NCBI GenBank assembly: GCA_020891255.1
Contig: BQFW01000014.1
Location: 1,054,001-1,118,000 of the forward strand
DNA: 64,000 bases
Origin: Entomortierella parvispora E1425
Lineage: Eukaryota; Fungi; Mortierellomycota
Reading direction: 5' to 3'
Position 1 is the first letter of the stretch. Every line of letters starts with the position of its first letter. Of this stretch, positions 36,992-51,147 are shown in pieces. Made by a program: the position numbers and the translations under genes. The notes under the pieces were generated by a model. That model was not told where the DNA came from, made no database searches, and saw only the letters and a program-made list of their open reading frames with translations.

Positions 36992-39900
36992 ATGAACCGC
37001 CAAAATCCGAGAGCAACCTCCACACAGAATACGACCCGCCTTGATAGCGCAACAAGCGAGGACGTGGTCTCTTCCTCTGCAAGCGGCTTTCAGCAAGCTG
37101 CTCCTGGAGTCTCAGCACCTCCCCAAGCCAAAACAAACGCTGTTTATTCTGCCTCTGGCGCTGAACAGGTTTATACATCTCGCCAAGAATCATTTCGGTC
37201 AATATCAGCTAGCAGCTCCACTGCCCATGAGTCCGCACAAAAGCGTGCTCGCTACAGTCTCTCGGGAGCCACACAGCGGGTGCTTGAAAGGCAATACAAT
37301 CAGCAAAAGCTCCTCGACGATAGTACCGCAATGCCTCCACCTCCTCCACCCAATGTTGCACATCAGTCGACCCGCCAACCACTACAAAGATCTCAGGTTC
37401 CTTCGCATCAAGGCCATTGTGTGACATCGAGGTATTATGATCCTCAAGTCCACCATAATTATTTGCCACCAACACAATGGCCCAACTTGAATTATCATGG
37501 CATGACCACCACTATCCCGTCTCCGCCACAGAGTCCTGGTCCTGATATCAGCAGGAATTACCTCTCATTTCACCCGCCGCTTGCTCCAGTGTATATGAAC
37601 ACTCCTATATATCCGCCACTACCACCACATGTATTGCCGCCAGTACCAGCACCACCGGCACCGATGAGCTGGAATGAATGCCTTAGTTTACCTCTGGGTC
37701 GGCTTCCTAGATCAGCAGACTGCTATCTCCATAACAAACACTTGCTGGCCCAAATTCCTTTTCGGACAATGGATTCGCGAGCCCCGGACTTCATGTATCG
37801 ACATTTTTTTCTGACTCTTACGCCACATGTTGACCCCAACAAGGTCAAGTGGCAACTCGACAACTATCAAGATCTGGAAGAGCAAGGCCATGGCGACGGG
37901 TATTATGATCCCTGGGGAAACCCTTCTCATCAGCCGCACCTTCCCGAGCCCCAGAGGGATGAAGGCGCTCTATACGTTATCATGTGCTTCCATTTGGAGA
38001 ATGATGGATCAATATGTGGACAGACAATGTCTGACGATTCGACCGAGAAGAACGACCACTGCATGAGAGAGCACGCTGCCACATGGCAAGCACTGAGCGA
38101 ATTCCGCAGCGAGCAGATCCGATATCAAAAATCGCAAGGAGGTAGAGCACATTCAGCCTATTATTTGTACTTTTAGTTACTCTCTTGATCCCTTGTTCTC
38201 AGAACTGTCAGTTGCGGTTCTGTCAAGGATATATTGATCTTGCTGCCCATTAACTCTCATCCCTTTCCTCAAACGCAAACAGTAGTTCGACAAGGGGTTC
38301 AGCCTACAAATTCCACACCTGGTCAACTATCCAACCCTTCAGGTCTGACCATTTTCAGCCTGATCCCAGGCTTTTTAGAATTGAAGGATCCACCCAAGTC
38401 TCGGAGCCCTCTCGCCCTAAGAACACAAATGGTGGCGACAGTGTCTTTGCATCTCGCTGTTTCTTCTATGACTCTCACCAGCGTGCAGAGCCGCTTTATC
38501 CCGGAGATATGTGCTTGCTTCGGATACGATGTCAAAGCACCTTCCACCAAAGAGATTCAAGACGCCCTCAAGGCGATCTTCTCCTTGACAAGGCTGCACC
38601 TAAAAATCAAACTAGCAAACGACGTTTTAAGAGGGTGCTACAATTGCGATGTGTGGACACAGCACGGATGCCACTACGACGGCATTACTTTCCGCTATCT
38701 GGATTGGGACTTTAGACCGCATGTCGTTGCCCTTGGGCTTAATAAGAGTGCCCAATCCAATGAAAAGACTGCTAGCAAGTTTCTTGGTGAGTGGTTGCAA
38801 GTTTTTTTTTTTTTTTTTTTTTGTGGGGATGAGGGTTGTAGGAACACTTGTTCTACACAGCGATTAATCCCAATTTCAACCCAAAATGAATGTAGATGAA
38901 AGGCTCAGATCTTGGGGTCTCCATGATAAGGCATTCCCTGGTGCTGCTGACAGCGGTGTGGTCACCGAAGCTATGGAGGAGGCTTCGGAAGACGAGGACG
39001 AATCAGAGTCTAAAACGTCTTGGATTTTCTTCCCTGCACACAAGATGCAAAAGTGCATCGAGCAAGCCATGAGAAAATCTCCGGATGCGTTCGCTTTGTT
39101 TTCAAAGATGGAGATGCTCTCTGAGATACTACATGCGTCTGATGGAGCAGAATATCTCCGAAATGCCCAAAAGGATCTTGGTTTGGAAGTGCTCTGTTCC
39201 CTGGGACTTGAAGAGAGCCGTTGGAGCACTTCCTTCCTCGCGGCTGTGCGATGCTTGGAACTTGAACAGTCGATTTCGCATCTAGCGAAGATTTTGAAGG
39301 CCGAAGAGACTGATGTGGGGAGGACATGCTTCTGGAAATGCACTAGCCCTATGTTTCTGAACACAGCCCAGTTCGAAGTAGGGCGACAAATCATCAACAT
39401 TCTACACCCAGCATTCGAGTTTATCAGCTCAATGTCGGAGCACGGACCTGCCGTCTCTCGCGTATACCCCAAGATCAAGGAGATCCTCGATGATGCAACT
39501 TTACCCTTGGCGCCAGAGGCTATTGAACTACGAGCAGCCTTGCGCGCCGAACTTGAGGCGACTTTTCCCTTGGATGATATTCCTGACGAAACGCTCATGG
39601 TCACCTTTTTAGATCCTGCCAACGTGGGCGGTCCTCTTTTAGAGATGGTATCCAATGGCGTTAAAATGAAGGACAGGGCTGCAAGACTGCTTAAAGATGC
39701 CCAAAGGAAACTCCTTGGACAGAAAGTGCCGCTCTATACCAACCGACAAGGCACGGACTTTGGGGCTAGGTACACACTAGAGGCGATTCAGCGGCACCTG
39801 GGCTATGACCTTCTCGAGTACAATCATTTGGCTCATCAAGACAATGCTCGCAACCACAAGGTAGAGGACTGGTGGAGGGACAATGAAAAGTCGCTTCTTT

Positions 39901-40112
39901 TTCTAGCCCCACTGGCCCGAATTTATCTAAGTGTACAGGCATTTCCGGCCGGAAATGAACCTCTTGCTGTTGTCGCAGGATCGATGATCACCGAGAAGCA
40001 ACGTCCCCTAGGTGATCCCGTACTAGCCTGTATGGTCTTGATGAAGGCCTGGTTCAACAATTTTGTCAAACCCACACTGCCAGAAAGGGAGTCCATTTGG
40101 GACGAAGAATAA
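36992..40112 (+). mobile_element. hAT-superfamily transposase-derived gene, intact 3-exon ORF (36992-38141, 38283-38786, 38896-40112; 956 aa)
   Basis: Zn-finger C-x9-C-x13-H-x4-H; CDVWT (D1); LDERLRSWGLHDKAFPGAADSG (D2); FPAH (degenerate CxxH); SRWST; FLDP; WWRDNEKSLLFLAPLARIYLSVQAFPAGNE (hAT C-terminal dimerisation motif with E). Both introns restore the frame. No TIRs seen. Confidence 0.8.
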
Positions 40113-40639
40113 AAGCTACTCTAGACTTGATATGGAGGAGGACGGAGTGTCCTCAACTGTTTCAACGATGTGGAGAACCGAGATAAAGCATTTGAAGAGG
40201 GTTGGACATTAATAGGAAGGAGCGTTGGTGCACTGACCTCCAGGTGATGTTTCTGAGCTACTGGGACACATAATTTCCTGGCAAGGTAAGGCGAGCAACA
40301 CCTTTGGAAGGATCAGTTCACAGCATGATAATGAACAAAATAGTTGCAATGCAACGGTTCTTGTGATCTTTTCCTTGAATCCATGCATGGAGCAATTGCA
40401 TGTGGGGGTCAGTTTTGGTTTCACGACGTCAAAAACGCGAACGGAAAAGTCGCCCTATATAGAACTCTGGTCGATGGCAGGGCAAGTCGACAACGCGACG
40501 CAGAATCTGGTCAAGAGATGTTCACTCTATGTTTGCTGCGTAGATGGAATTTTTCAAAAGCACGGCGGGTCGCGTTCATTTAGTTCAAGCTGATTCATCA
40601 TGATTACATCTATTCCGTCGCAAGCGAGCTGCACTCTTT

Positions 40640-40674
<35 letters not shown>

Positions 40675-41462
40675 CGCGCGCATTCGATTGCAGGCGCCTG
40701 CATGAGGGGGCATTTGTCAGATAGAGGAATTGATATGCGATCTCGAAAATTTCCTTTCAGAATCAGAACGTTTGCGCTGAGAGACGAAGGTAACGATGCT
40801 GAGAGAGCAAAGTGTTTTTTCTATATTTTCCTCACATGTTTACTCAAACTATTCTTTGAATTGACAGCTCTGCTTTCAGGACCCAGACAAGAATGCCCCC
40901 CGCCTACGCCCACACCGCACAAGCGCAAGAGACAAACAAAGGGCTGGATTTTGTGTCTCTTTTACGAGCTCTTGCAGCGCAAGCGTCGCGCTCTCTGCGC
41001 TCGACTCTGAGGACTGATGTCGGTGACACACAATGTGTGGACTAGCTCGAAATTCCGAGGGGAGGGGGGCTGTTGTCGTTCACTTCAGGCCATGGTCTTT
41101 CATTGATTTGAGTGCTGTAAGAGGCACCATCCCACATTCACTTCAAATTCTATTGTCCCGCATCTCATTCATTCAGCAATGTGGAGGATCACCAAAGTGA
41201 CAGTGCTTGTTTACCAGGTTCATTTTCAATGTTGTATTGCAGGAAAAAATCCGTTTTTTGGGCGCGGGCAGATGAAAAGAGATACCGTGCTCCCTCACTC
41301 GCTAGCCCTGGAAGAGTACATCATAAAACCGCCAACTGTGGTGCCTCTCCAATTACAACTCCTTATAAAACGAGGAATGTCTCAATTGGTATTTGCTCAC
41401 TCTTCAGGCCCACTTCTCCAGCACCCTCCCCTCCTCGTCCACCTGTGTCAGACCAGATATCG

Positions 41463-43217
41463 ATGAAATTCTCCATCAAGGCCATCGCACTGAGCGCTCT
41501 TGCTGCGTCTGTTGTCGTCGCCGCGCCAATTGAAAAGCGCGATGCCGCTGCCGACGCTCGGATTGCCGCTTGCTTTGCCGGGTATGACTCGATGTGTCCA
41601 CTTACTTGTTGACGCCTGGATCTAACACACGCATCTTCCACAATAGCCTCCTCTTGACTGGGAAGTGGCCTGGCAGCTGCCAAGCAGCGGTTGCAGTACG
41701 TTTCGCTGACATGGCTTGTTGAACTGCGTGATACGACTTTCATTGTGCTGAGTTGTTTGCTCCCCTTTAGGTCAACATGGGCCTGATTAAGTCGATCGCG
41801 ATTAACCAAATGACTATGGATTTCACACTTTCGAACCCATGGGCGCCAACAACGGCTTCAAGCAATGTCGTTGCCACGATGCTCTCTATCCCCGGAGTCA
41901 TCCTGCCCATTGACACCATCTGCCAGCACATCATCATTGTGGTAGGGTTTCAATCTCAAAGGGAATTGTTTCCAGCATTATTTTTTCACTTATCTGATCG
42001 CCTAACGCCTTCGTTCATTTTGTATTTTTTTTTCTCTCAGGATAACGGAGTGCAGATTGGAAACATTGACACTCCCTGGAGCTCAGCCAAGGTTAGCGGC
42101 TCGACCCTGACTACATCGTTCCCAGCCCCAGCTTTGAACGTCTATTCAAGCTCACATGCGGCCTTTTCCAGCTTTGTCAGCGCGCTCTCGACCACTGCCT
42201 CGCACCCGCTCAACCTGCAAGGAACTGTTGATGTTCAACTGGACCTAGGTATTTTCGGTCGAATGACCATCCCCGGCATCGGATTCGCGGCCACGATCCC
42301 TTTCTCTGGTTTGAACAACTTCAACAAGATGCAATATACCTACCAGATCGACAGCAGCTTTGATACCCCGGGCTCTATCACCTTGACCTCCGCTATCAAC
42401 TTGGTGAACCCGACCGAACTGAGTGTCGTCCTAGGCAACATTGCTTTGAGTACCGGCTGCCGGAGGTTATGTTGGAATCTCAACGATCAAGAACCTCTCA
42501 TTGGGCCCTGGAAACAACTATGTCCTCTCGGCCACCGCCCAGGACTTGAGCCAGAAAGCCACCACGGATTTCTTGACCCAGCTTTCAACCACGGACACCC
42601 CTCTCTATCTCGCCGGTTACAATGCCACTTCGACCAATCCAGCTTTGAACGCCGGTCTGGCAGCTTTGAAGAGTACCCTTGTGATACCTAGCAGTGCCGG
42701 CAATCTGCCCTTGTCCCAGCCCCCTTACAAGAACTGGTCCCTCAAGACCCTGCCCACGACCAACACAGATCTGATTGTTGAGATAACAGCCACGTTCCAG
42801 TCCCCTAACTGGGGCTACCCCATCGAGATGGTCAATGCTGCTGCAGATGGGTACGATAACTTTGCACAGGTCAGCATTGGTGTCGATGACGCGGATGCAC
42901 TTCGACTTTTCCAATTCCAGAACGATCTCACGTTCACGGCCTCGGGCACTGGTACCGCGACCGTGACCTTCAAGTGTGCGATTCAGCCCACACCCTTCAC
43001 CATTGGCCAAAAGCCTGCCTGGCAGGATGTCGTCAACTTTGCGAACCAGAACAAGTATGTCACCGTGAACTTCAACTGGATCGTGGACGTGATCATTAAT
43101 ACCGATGGTGTGAACCACTACATCGACTGGGGCAATGTCGCTACGGGCCAGAGCAATGTCAAGGTGGCCGTCGACTCCAACTTTGCCTCCATCATGAACG
43201 CGTTCCCGTCTTTGTAA
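41463..43217 (+). CDS. Secreted protein of unknown function (DUF3712-like beta-rich), interrupted by a 1-nt frameshift near 42455
   Basis: Signal peptide MKFSIKAIALSALAASVVVAAPIEKR; coding-like continuity from frame 2 (LGNIALST) into frame 0 (AAGGYVGISTIKNLSLGPGNNYV). The family assignment is from memory and not searched. Confidence 0.7.
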
Positions 43218-43564
43218 AAAAAAAAAATCCTCTACAAGTTCTCAACTAGCTGTGGAGGTGAAGGGAGTTCTGTCTGTATTTCTCTCCTACCATTGACTTG
43301 TACTGTTGCACTTTGTTCTCACCTCCGCAGCTGAGCAGTGGTAGCGAAACGAATAAAACGGAGGGAGACAGATTTCATCTTGGTGCCGTAATGATGAAAA
43401 AGAGAAAAAAAGCGCCACCAATACATCGAAGTCACGTTACCATCAGCCCCTTAACGGACTATGTTCGCCGTCCTCCGTCGGCGGTGTCATGGAAATCGCA
43501 TTCTGCTCCGTCTCTGATCCACTTCCCTCAACCCATTCACAACACCCACACATAACTTACAATC

Positions 43565-44133
43565 ATGGTCAAATTGGAAGAAGTCAGTCTCGATCACGTC
43601 GAGGAAGAGTACACAGATTCGGATTCCTCCTCTGTCTACTCCTCCGATGATGAGGAGGGTGATGTTGATAACATCGAGTCGATCATGGACCGTATCTGGG
43701 CCCTCCAAGACGTCATCCCCGCAAAGACCCGCAAATCCATCAAGGACGGTTGCTCATCCGTCTACGGCTGGGGAAAGACCGGCGCTAATTTCTTGGGAAA
43801 CTCGGCCTGGGTCTTGACCACTAGCGCTTTGCTCTTGGTCTTGCCATTGATGATCGAGTTGGAGCACGAGCAGGGATTGGTCGAGTTTGAAAAGATGCAG
43901 CAGCAGGGATCTCAGGCAAGTTTACAATTTCAGTCTTTCTTCAACGTTGCTTGTTTTATTCTTCCGAGCAAGCCCCTTGCAAAGAAGAAGGCATTGGGAT
44001 GCTAAATTTGGCGAGTTTTTGTTCTATGGCCTAACAGTCCCATTGTTTGTCTCTATGTTAATAGATGCTTTCGCAGCCTAACGGCCAGCAGCAGCAGCAG
44101 ACCAAGACTGGAATTGTTCCCCCAGGCTTCTAG
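43565..44133 (+). CDS. TOM22: Mitochondrial import receptor Tom22, with one GC-AG intron (43916-44064)
   Basis: Acidic N-terminus; ESIMDRIWALQDVIP; AWVLTTSALLLVLPLMIELEHEQ transmembrane motif. Confidence 0.95.
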
Positions 44134-44819
44134 ATGCATAAGAAAGCAGACGTCTAAATATGCAATGGATCAGATCGGAAACGACATGGAGGATGCACAT
44201 TGAAAGGACGAAGGATAGGGAGGGGACTGAGGGATCTATTGTCCGACCCTTACTTTGGACCCCTTCCTTCAATCCTCTTGTCTGCGACTTGCAGTCTTCA
44301 TTGCCCCCAGCAGGGGCGTAAAACCTACCGATCCGCCTTTGGCTTTGTTTTTACCGTCGTAGTGTATATTATCATTCCATTCCTCATTATCCTGTTCTTT
44401 GTAACAAAAATCCTTACTCAATCTTCAAAAAACTGTGAGAAATCTTTGGGGGTGGGGGTGAAGGTGTGTGTTTGTATGGAGTAAAGCCATAGCCGACTCT
44501 AGGATACACGAACAGTATCGACCGTAGAACAGACAAAAAGAGAGGCAGAGAACGAAGGTAGAAAAAGAGAGATGTTCCAATTGGGCTTGCTGGGTGGCCG
44601 AGTGGATGTTCTTGTGAGCATTCCTTCCCAGCCAGCCAGCGCTTTTTTTTGTTATTGATTTTTTGCACATAATTTTTTCCACTCCCTTCTCCCCCCCCTT
44701 TCGCTTCTCGCTCTCATCAGCAAAAAAAACTCCTCTTTTGCCCCCTCTCATTTTTTTTTCTTTTCGCGACATCACCCCATCACCCCATCCCAATCAGCCC
44801 CATCGTCTTTATCATCATC

Positions 44820-46045
44820 ATGTCTGGATCTGTCGAGAAAACCACCGTCGTCGAGTCTGTTGCTGTCGAGCAATCTGTCACCTCACTCGAAGTCACCGAG
44901 GTCACCAAAGTCAGCGCCTCCACCGCGTCCTCGGTCGTCTCTTCCCCTGCCAAGAGCAAGGCCGACCATCGCGAGCTGCCCATCTTTAGCAACCCCTTGT
45001 TGGCTAATGCCACTCAGAGCAACTCTGTCCCCATCAAGCCCAAGACTGGACGCGTCAAGGCCGGCGGCAAAACTGTTCCCGTGTTGAGGATCAGCGCCCC
45101 CAAGGTCGATGGCGAAGTTGTTGTGATGCGCAGGATGGATTCTGACCTCGTGAATGCCACCTCGATGTTCAATGCTGCCTACCCTGCCATCTCTGAGAAG
45201 ATGGAGGCCAAGGAGAGCGCGTTTGTCACGCGCAAGTACCAAGGCCAGGTTGAGAAGACAGGCGCGCTTGCCGGTGTCTGGTAAGTCAGGAACAGCAGAA
45301 GAAGGTTATCCGTAGTGTGGGGCGGAGGGACGGGAGGGTGCGAAGTCCTCCGTTCTGGCTCAATGCGTGCGTGTGTGACATGTCAGGGGACACAACCGCT
45401 CTCCAGGGCGTGGCAGAGAACAGGAGTACAGTACTGACAGCGTGGCGATCCTTCTTTTTTGTCTTTTCTTCCCGCTTGTGTTCAACGACGTTTGGTCCTT
45501 CTCGACGTGCGGCTCATCATAACAGGATCACCGTTGCTCAAGGTACAGGCATTAACTCAACCGATATGATCTTTCAACAGCAAGAGAATGTCCCTTGCAG
45601 ACGAAAGATCACTCCTCGTCCTCTACCTGCATTCTCATTCACCCTTCTTCGTCATATCACCTGTCCAATTTTAGCCAAGGAGCTCGCTCTCGAGTACGAT
45701 GTTGGCAAGTTCATGAGCACGTTGCTGGATGCTCCTAGCGCCAAGAATGCCCCTGCCACCGCCGCCTCCGAGACCACTGAGTTTGTTACTGAGGTTACTA
45801 TTGTGGAAAAGTCTGTCGAAGTTGAGGTTCAGGAAAAGGAGACAGAGTCTGTTCAGGACACAACCGAGAAGATGGAGGAGTTGACCGTTGCCGATGTTGC
45901 CGGCATGAAGCGCAGAATTGAGGAGCTCGAGGATCAGGCTACCAGAGACAAGAAGAAGCTCCGTGGTTTGGTCGCCGTTGCTGTTGGTGCTGCCGGCATT
46001 GCTGCTGCCTCAGTTATTCCCCAGGTTCTCCCTTACTTTTCTTAG
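44820..46045 (+). CDS. BQT4: APSES/KilA-N domain, tail-anchored protein (Bqt4-like), with a 17-nt internal exon
   Basis: VMRRMDSDLVNATSMFNAAYP...LAGVW-ITVAQAKELALEY APSES fold; coiled coil; C-terminal TM LVAVAVGAAGIAAASVIPQVLPYFS. Confidence 0.75.
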
Positions 46046-46632
46046 ATGACAGTGTATTTTGCTGTCAACTGCACCCTTCCCTTCTGATGGACGGTTTGAA
46101 CTGGTCGATGGTTGACAGGATCTTTACGTCGAGCGTTTCATTCCCCCCACAGAGGGTTCATATCCTAGGACCTTTGTTCAGGACATGCCCTTCCTGGACC
46201 AATTTGTTTCCGTTTGTTCCACTCTCTCGCGACTTTTTGCGTGCTTTTCTCCCTCCCGTTGTTCGTCGTTCTGTTACCTTGTTTCTCGTTTCTCTCCTTC
46301 CCACCCGTTCCTGTTATGAATGTACCCTACCCTATTATATATATACATATACATTTTCCTTTGTCCTTCCTAATGCTTTGTCTTTTTGTTTCTACCAACA
46401 TCCCTTCCCATTGTCAATATCTATAACCCACCCACCCAAAAACATCTGAAAAATAAAAAAGACCTTCATGGCTCAAGAAAGTTGTGTATTTTTAGCAGTA
46501 GATGACATTTCAGGTTTTGGTGTGACATCGGGCGCAGGGACCCAACGGCCTTACCGTTTCTCCATTTGTTCCCTTGGCATTCCTTCATTCCTTCATCACT
46601 GTTCTCCATTACTCCTCAAGACGACGACTTCC

Positions 46633-48227
<1,595 letters not shown>

Positions 48228-48345
48228 ACCTCAGAAATTGTTTTGGTGGCGTCTTTCGTCAAATAAAAAACCTCGGACTCACTTTTTTTTTTTGGTCCTT
48301 TTCCACTTCATCCTCTCCCCTGTCCATCGCCCCTTTCAGTCCACA

Positions 48346-49344
48346 ATGTCCTTGATTGCTTCCATTCGCGGCGAGGCCGAAGCTCTTGTCAAGGAGCACA
48401 TGAAAGATTACGATCCTTCTCATGATTGGTTCCATGTCGATCGTGTGCGTCGCTTAGGTTAGTGTAGACATTCACCTCGGACCTGATTCGCATTGGTTCG
48501 GTAAAAGCATTGCGCCGCGTCAAACGAACACGAAGTTAACATACAAAACGTTCCATTCCCATCCTTTCCAGCTCTCAATATTTGTGGTAGCCTTATTGAG
48601 AATGGCGTGTCGGTGGACAAGGAGTTGGTCGAGTTTGCGGCTCTCTTCCATGATATTGGCGACGCAAAGTTTTACAAGGAGGGTCAACCCACTGGCCGTG
48701 AAATCATCACTGACTTTTTGATCAGACGTGGGTACGCCAAGACGGAGACCGTTGCCAAGATTGTCGAGAACGTCTCCTTCAGAAAGGAATTGGCCGGTGT
48801 CAAGAACGTGTGGGCAGACAACTGCATTGAGCTTCATGTGTAAGGACCGGTTATATTTCTCCCTTCCACCTCGCGTTTATTTTTCCTATGATTTTTTCAG
48901 TTGACTGAATGATGAATTCGTCGCGTGGCGGATCAAATTTCAACTATATAGTGTCCAAGATGCCGATAAATTGGATGCTATCGGAGCCTTTGGTAAGTGC
49001 TAGCGTCATTGGGTCCAATTCACTATAATCCGGTTGTTCGTCGCGATCTAATTCGCGCTTTCTATGTTGCGAAAACAGGTATTTTGAGATGCGCTGCCTA
49101 CAGCGGTTACAAGAACCGTCCCCTCTATGATCCGGCCGAGAAACCCAAGAAGAATATGACCCATGAAGAGTACCAAACTCAAACAAAGGCCAATACTGGC
49201 ACTGCCATCGGTCACTTTCACGAGAAGTTGCTCCGTCTCCAGGATATGATGAAGACTGCGCCGGGCCAGGTGATGGCGATGAGGCGCCATAGTATTATGG
49301 TCAACTTTGTTGAGGAGATCGAGGACGAATACAAAATGTGGTAA
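48346..49344 (+). CDS. HD-domain metal-dependent phosphohydrolase (YedJ/YpgQ-like)
   Basis: DPSHDWFHVDRV; AALFHDIGDAK; VQDADKLDAIGAFGILR; HFHEKLLRL. Confidence 0.88.
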
Positions 49345-49498
49345 ATCCATTTGGACTACAACCATAATACACTCTTGCGTCTTAAAAGAATAGCACATGC
49401 AATGACGATATGGAAGGGTTTCATGAATATGCTAGTGTTATTGTACAAAGAATGCAGGTCCTTGAAGAATGTCTATGACGTCGTTTTTCTTATCTTAT

Positions 49499-50648
49499 CT
49501 ATTCGAGCCACATAATGTATCCGTGGACAGTCGCGCGCACTTCCTCGCTGCCAGGGTCCTCCAAGAACATTGGAGTCATCTTTTCTTCCAGAACTTTCTC
49601 CACCTTGAATCCAAATCCCCCGAGATCGCGTTCGTCGTCCGAAGACTCATCCTCTGGTGGAGGGGGGATCACAGCAGCGGAAGCAATCTCAAAAAACTTG
49701 TTGTCCGCGTCAGCAAGCCAAGGGCGATGGTGTGTAAAGAAGACGAAGACCCGACCCGTCTTGGGTTTGAGGGTCTCCTTGCAGGTCTTGAGCATGGCGC
49801 GATGCTGAGAGTGGTTGAAGAGCAGATCCGACATGATGATGGTATCAAAGAGTTGCTTTTGGGAGGGATCCAATGGAGGCTCAGAGGACTGAGATCCAGA
49901 AATCACAGCAGTGTTGCCGGTCAGAAGAGAGGGGTTCAGGTGGGCGAGGAGGGGGCGAGTGTTGCTTCCCCAGAGGTATCCTTGCACGACCACGGTCTTA
50001 TCCTCGATTTGCTTGGGGACGACTTGCTCGGCATTGTATTGAATGTTGGCAATCAGGTCCTGATCCGGGTAGTCTGTGATAATGACCTAGATGTGGCAAA
50101 TTGACGCGATGAGACACTCTAAAAACGAGCTAAGGAGACTACGACTCTCAGGCAATCCGCACCCAGTTCTCTTTCGGCAATTGGCATGTGTTATCTGGGG
50201 CACTGAAGGAGTGACATGGACATACACACACACACCCGAGCGCTGGACCATGCATCCATTGAATCGATAACAAATGAGCACAAGGAAAGGGCTACAAGCT
50301 AAAGAGCCAAAAAAAAAAGTTTACCTTTGAAGCACCATTGACGGCCGCCACGAACCCAGGCAAGGCTGCGCCAGCTCCGAGCTCGAGAACAGTCTTGTTG
50401 TGGGAGTGCTCCGGGTGCGAGTCCATCCAGTTGGCAAAAACCTTGGCCGCATTCCAGAGATGGTGACCCCAAAGAGGATGGGATCCGACCAGACGCAGCT
50501 TAATCTCACGTGGGGTCTTTGTTGCATCTGCACGGGTAAAGATCTCGTAGGTGGGCTTTGGTGGGGGAGGGCGAAAGTCCTTTGGCTCGGAAAACATATC
50601 GCCCATCTCGCCCTCGGAAGAGTTTGAGGATTCGTCGTCAGAATGCAT
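49499..50648 (-). CDS. EFM7: Protein N-terminal/lysine N-methyltransferase Efm7/Nnt1
   Basis: LRLVGSHPLWGHHLWNAAK; VLELGAGAALP; IMSDLLFNHSQH; VFFTHHRPWL; EEVRATVHGY. Confidence 0.93.
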
Positions 50649-51147
50649 GCTAGTGAAAGTGGGGGGTGATGAGGAATGGAGGTCTAGAATCAATCAATCA
50701 ATGGGTGGCCCGAGCTATTGCATATGGAGAATAGAAAGGGCTCTGAACAAAAAAACAAATCGGATCTGTGACTGTGTCCTGTTCAAACAAATGAAACAGG
50801 TCAAAAGCGGCCTTCTCGAGGCTTTCCTTCACCTCCTCTTCCCCACCTTTCCTCATCAATCACTTCATCTCGTCTGCCTGGCTCTTCCTTGCTCTCCTCA
50901 TCCCTTCTTCCCCCCTCTTCCGTGCACTCACTCTCCAATACCGGCCTACCATGTGGTCAGAAGGCTGAACGCTCGTCCTCCTATCCTTCTTTTATTTGCG
51001 CTACTTTTTTCTTCCTTTATTGCCTCACAGAAGCACGCCATAGCCCTGCTGCATCCTCCTTTGGCCCTCCCCTCTCTATCAGTCCTGCATCCTCCTGTTC
51101 CTCTCTCTCTTCACTTCTTTACTCTTCATACCCTTTTGTCCTTATCA

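Noticed and set aside
38190-38262. Apparent second zinc finger CSQNCQLRFCQGYIDLAAH in the hAT gene with an apparent frameshift
   Set aside because: It falls inside the 141-nt intron 38142-38282, whose removal restores the frame cleanly.
40637-40672. T10-A26 homopolymer hairpin
   Set aside because: Homopolymer tracts are common throughout this window, and there is no associated element structure or TSD.
36410-41400. TIRs/TSD around the hAT-like gene
   Set aside because: No convincing inverted terminal pair found by eye. A computational search is still needed.
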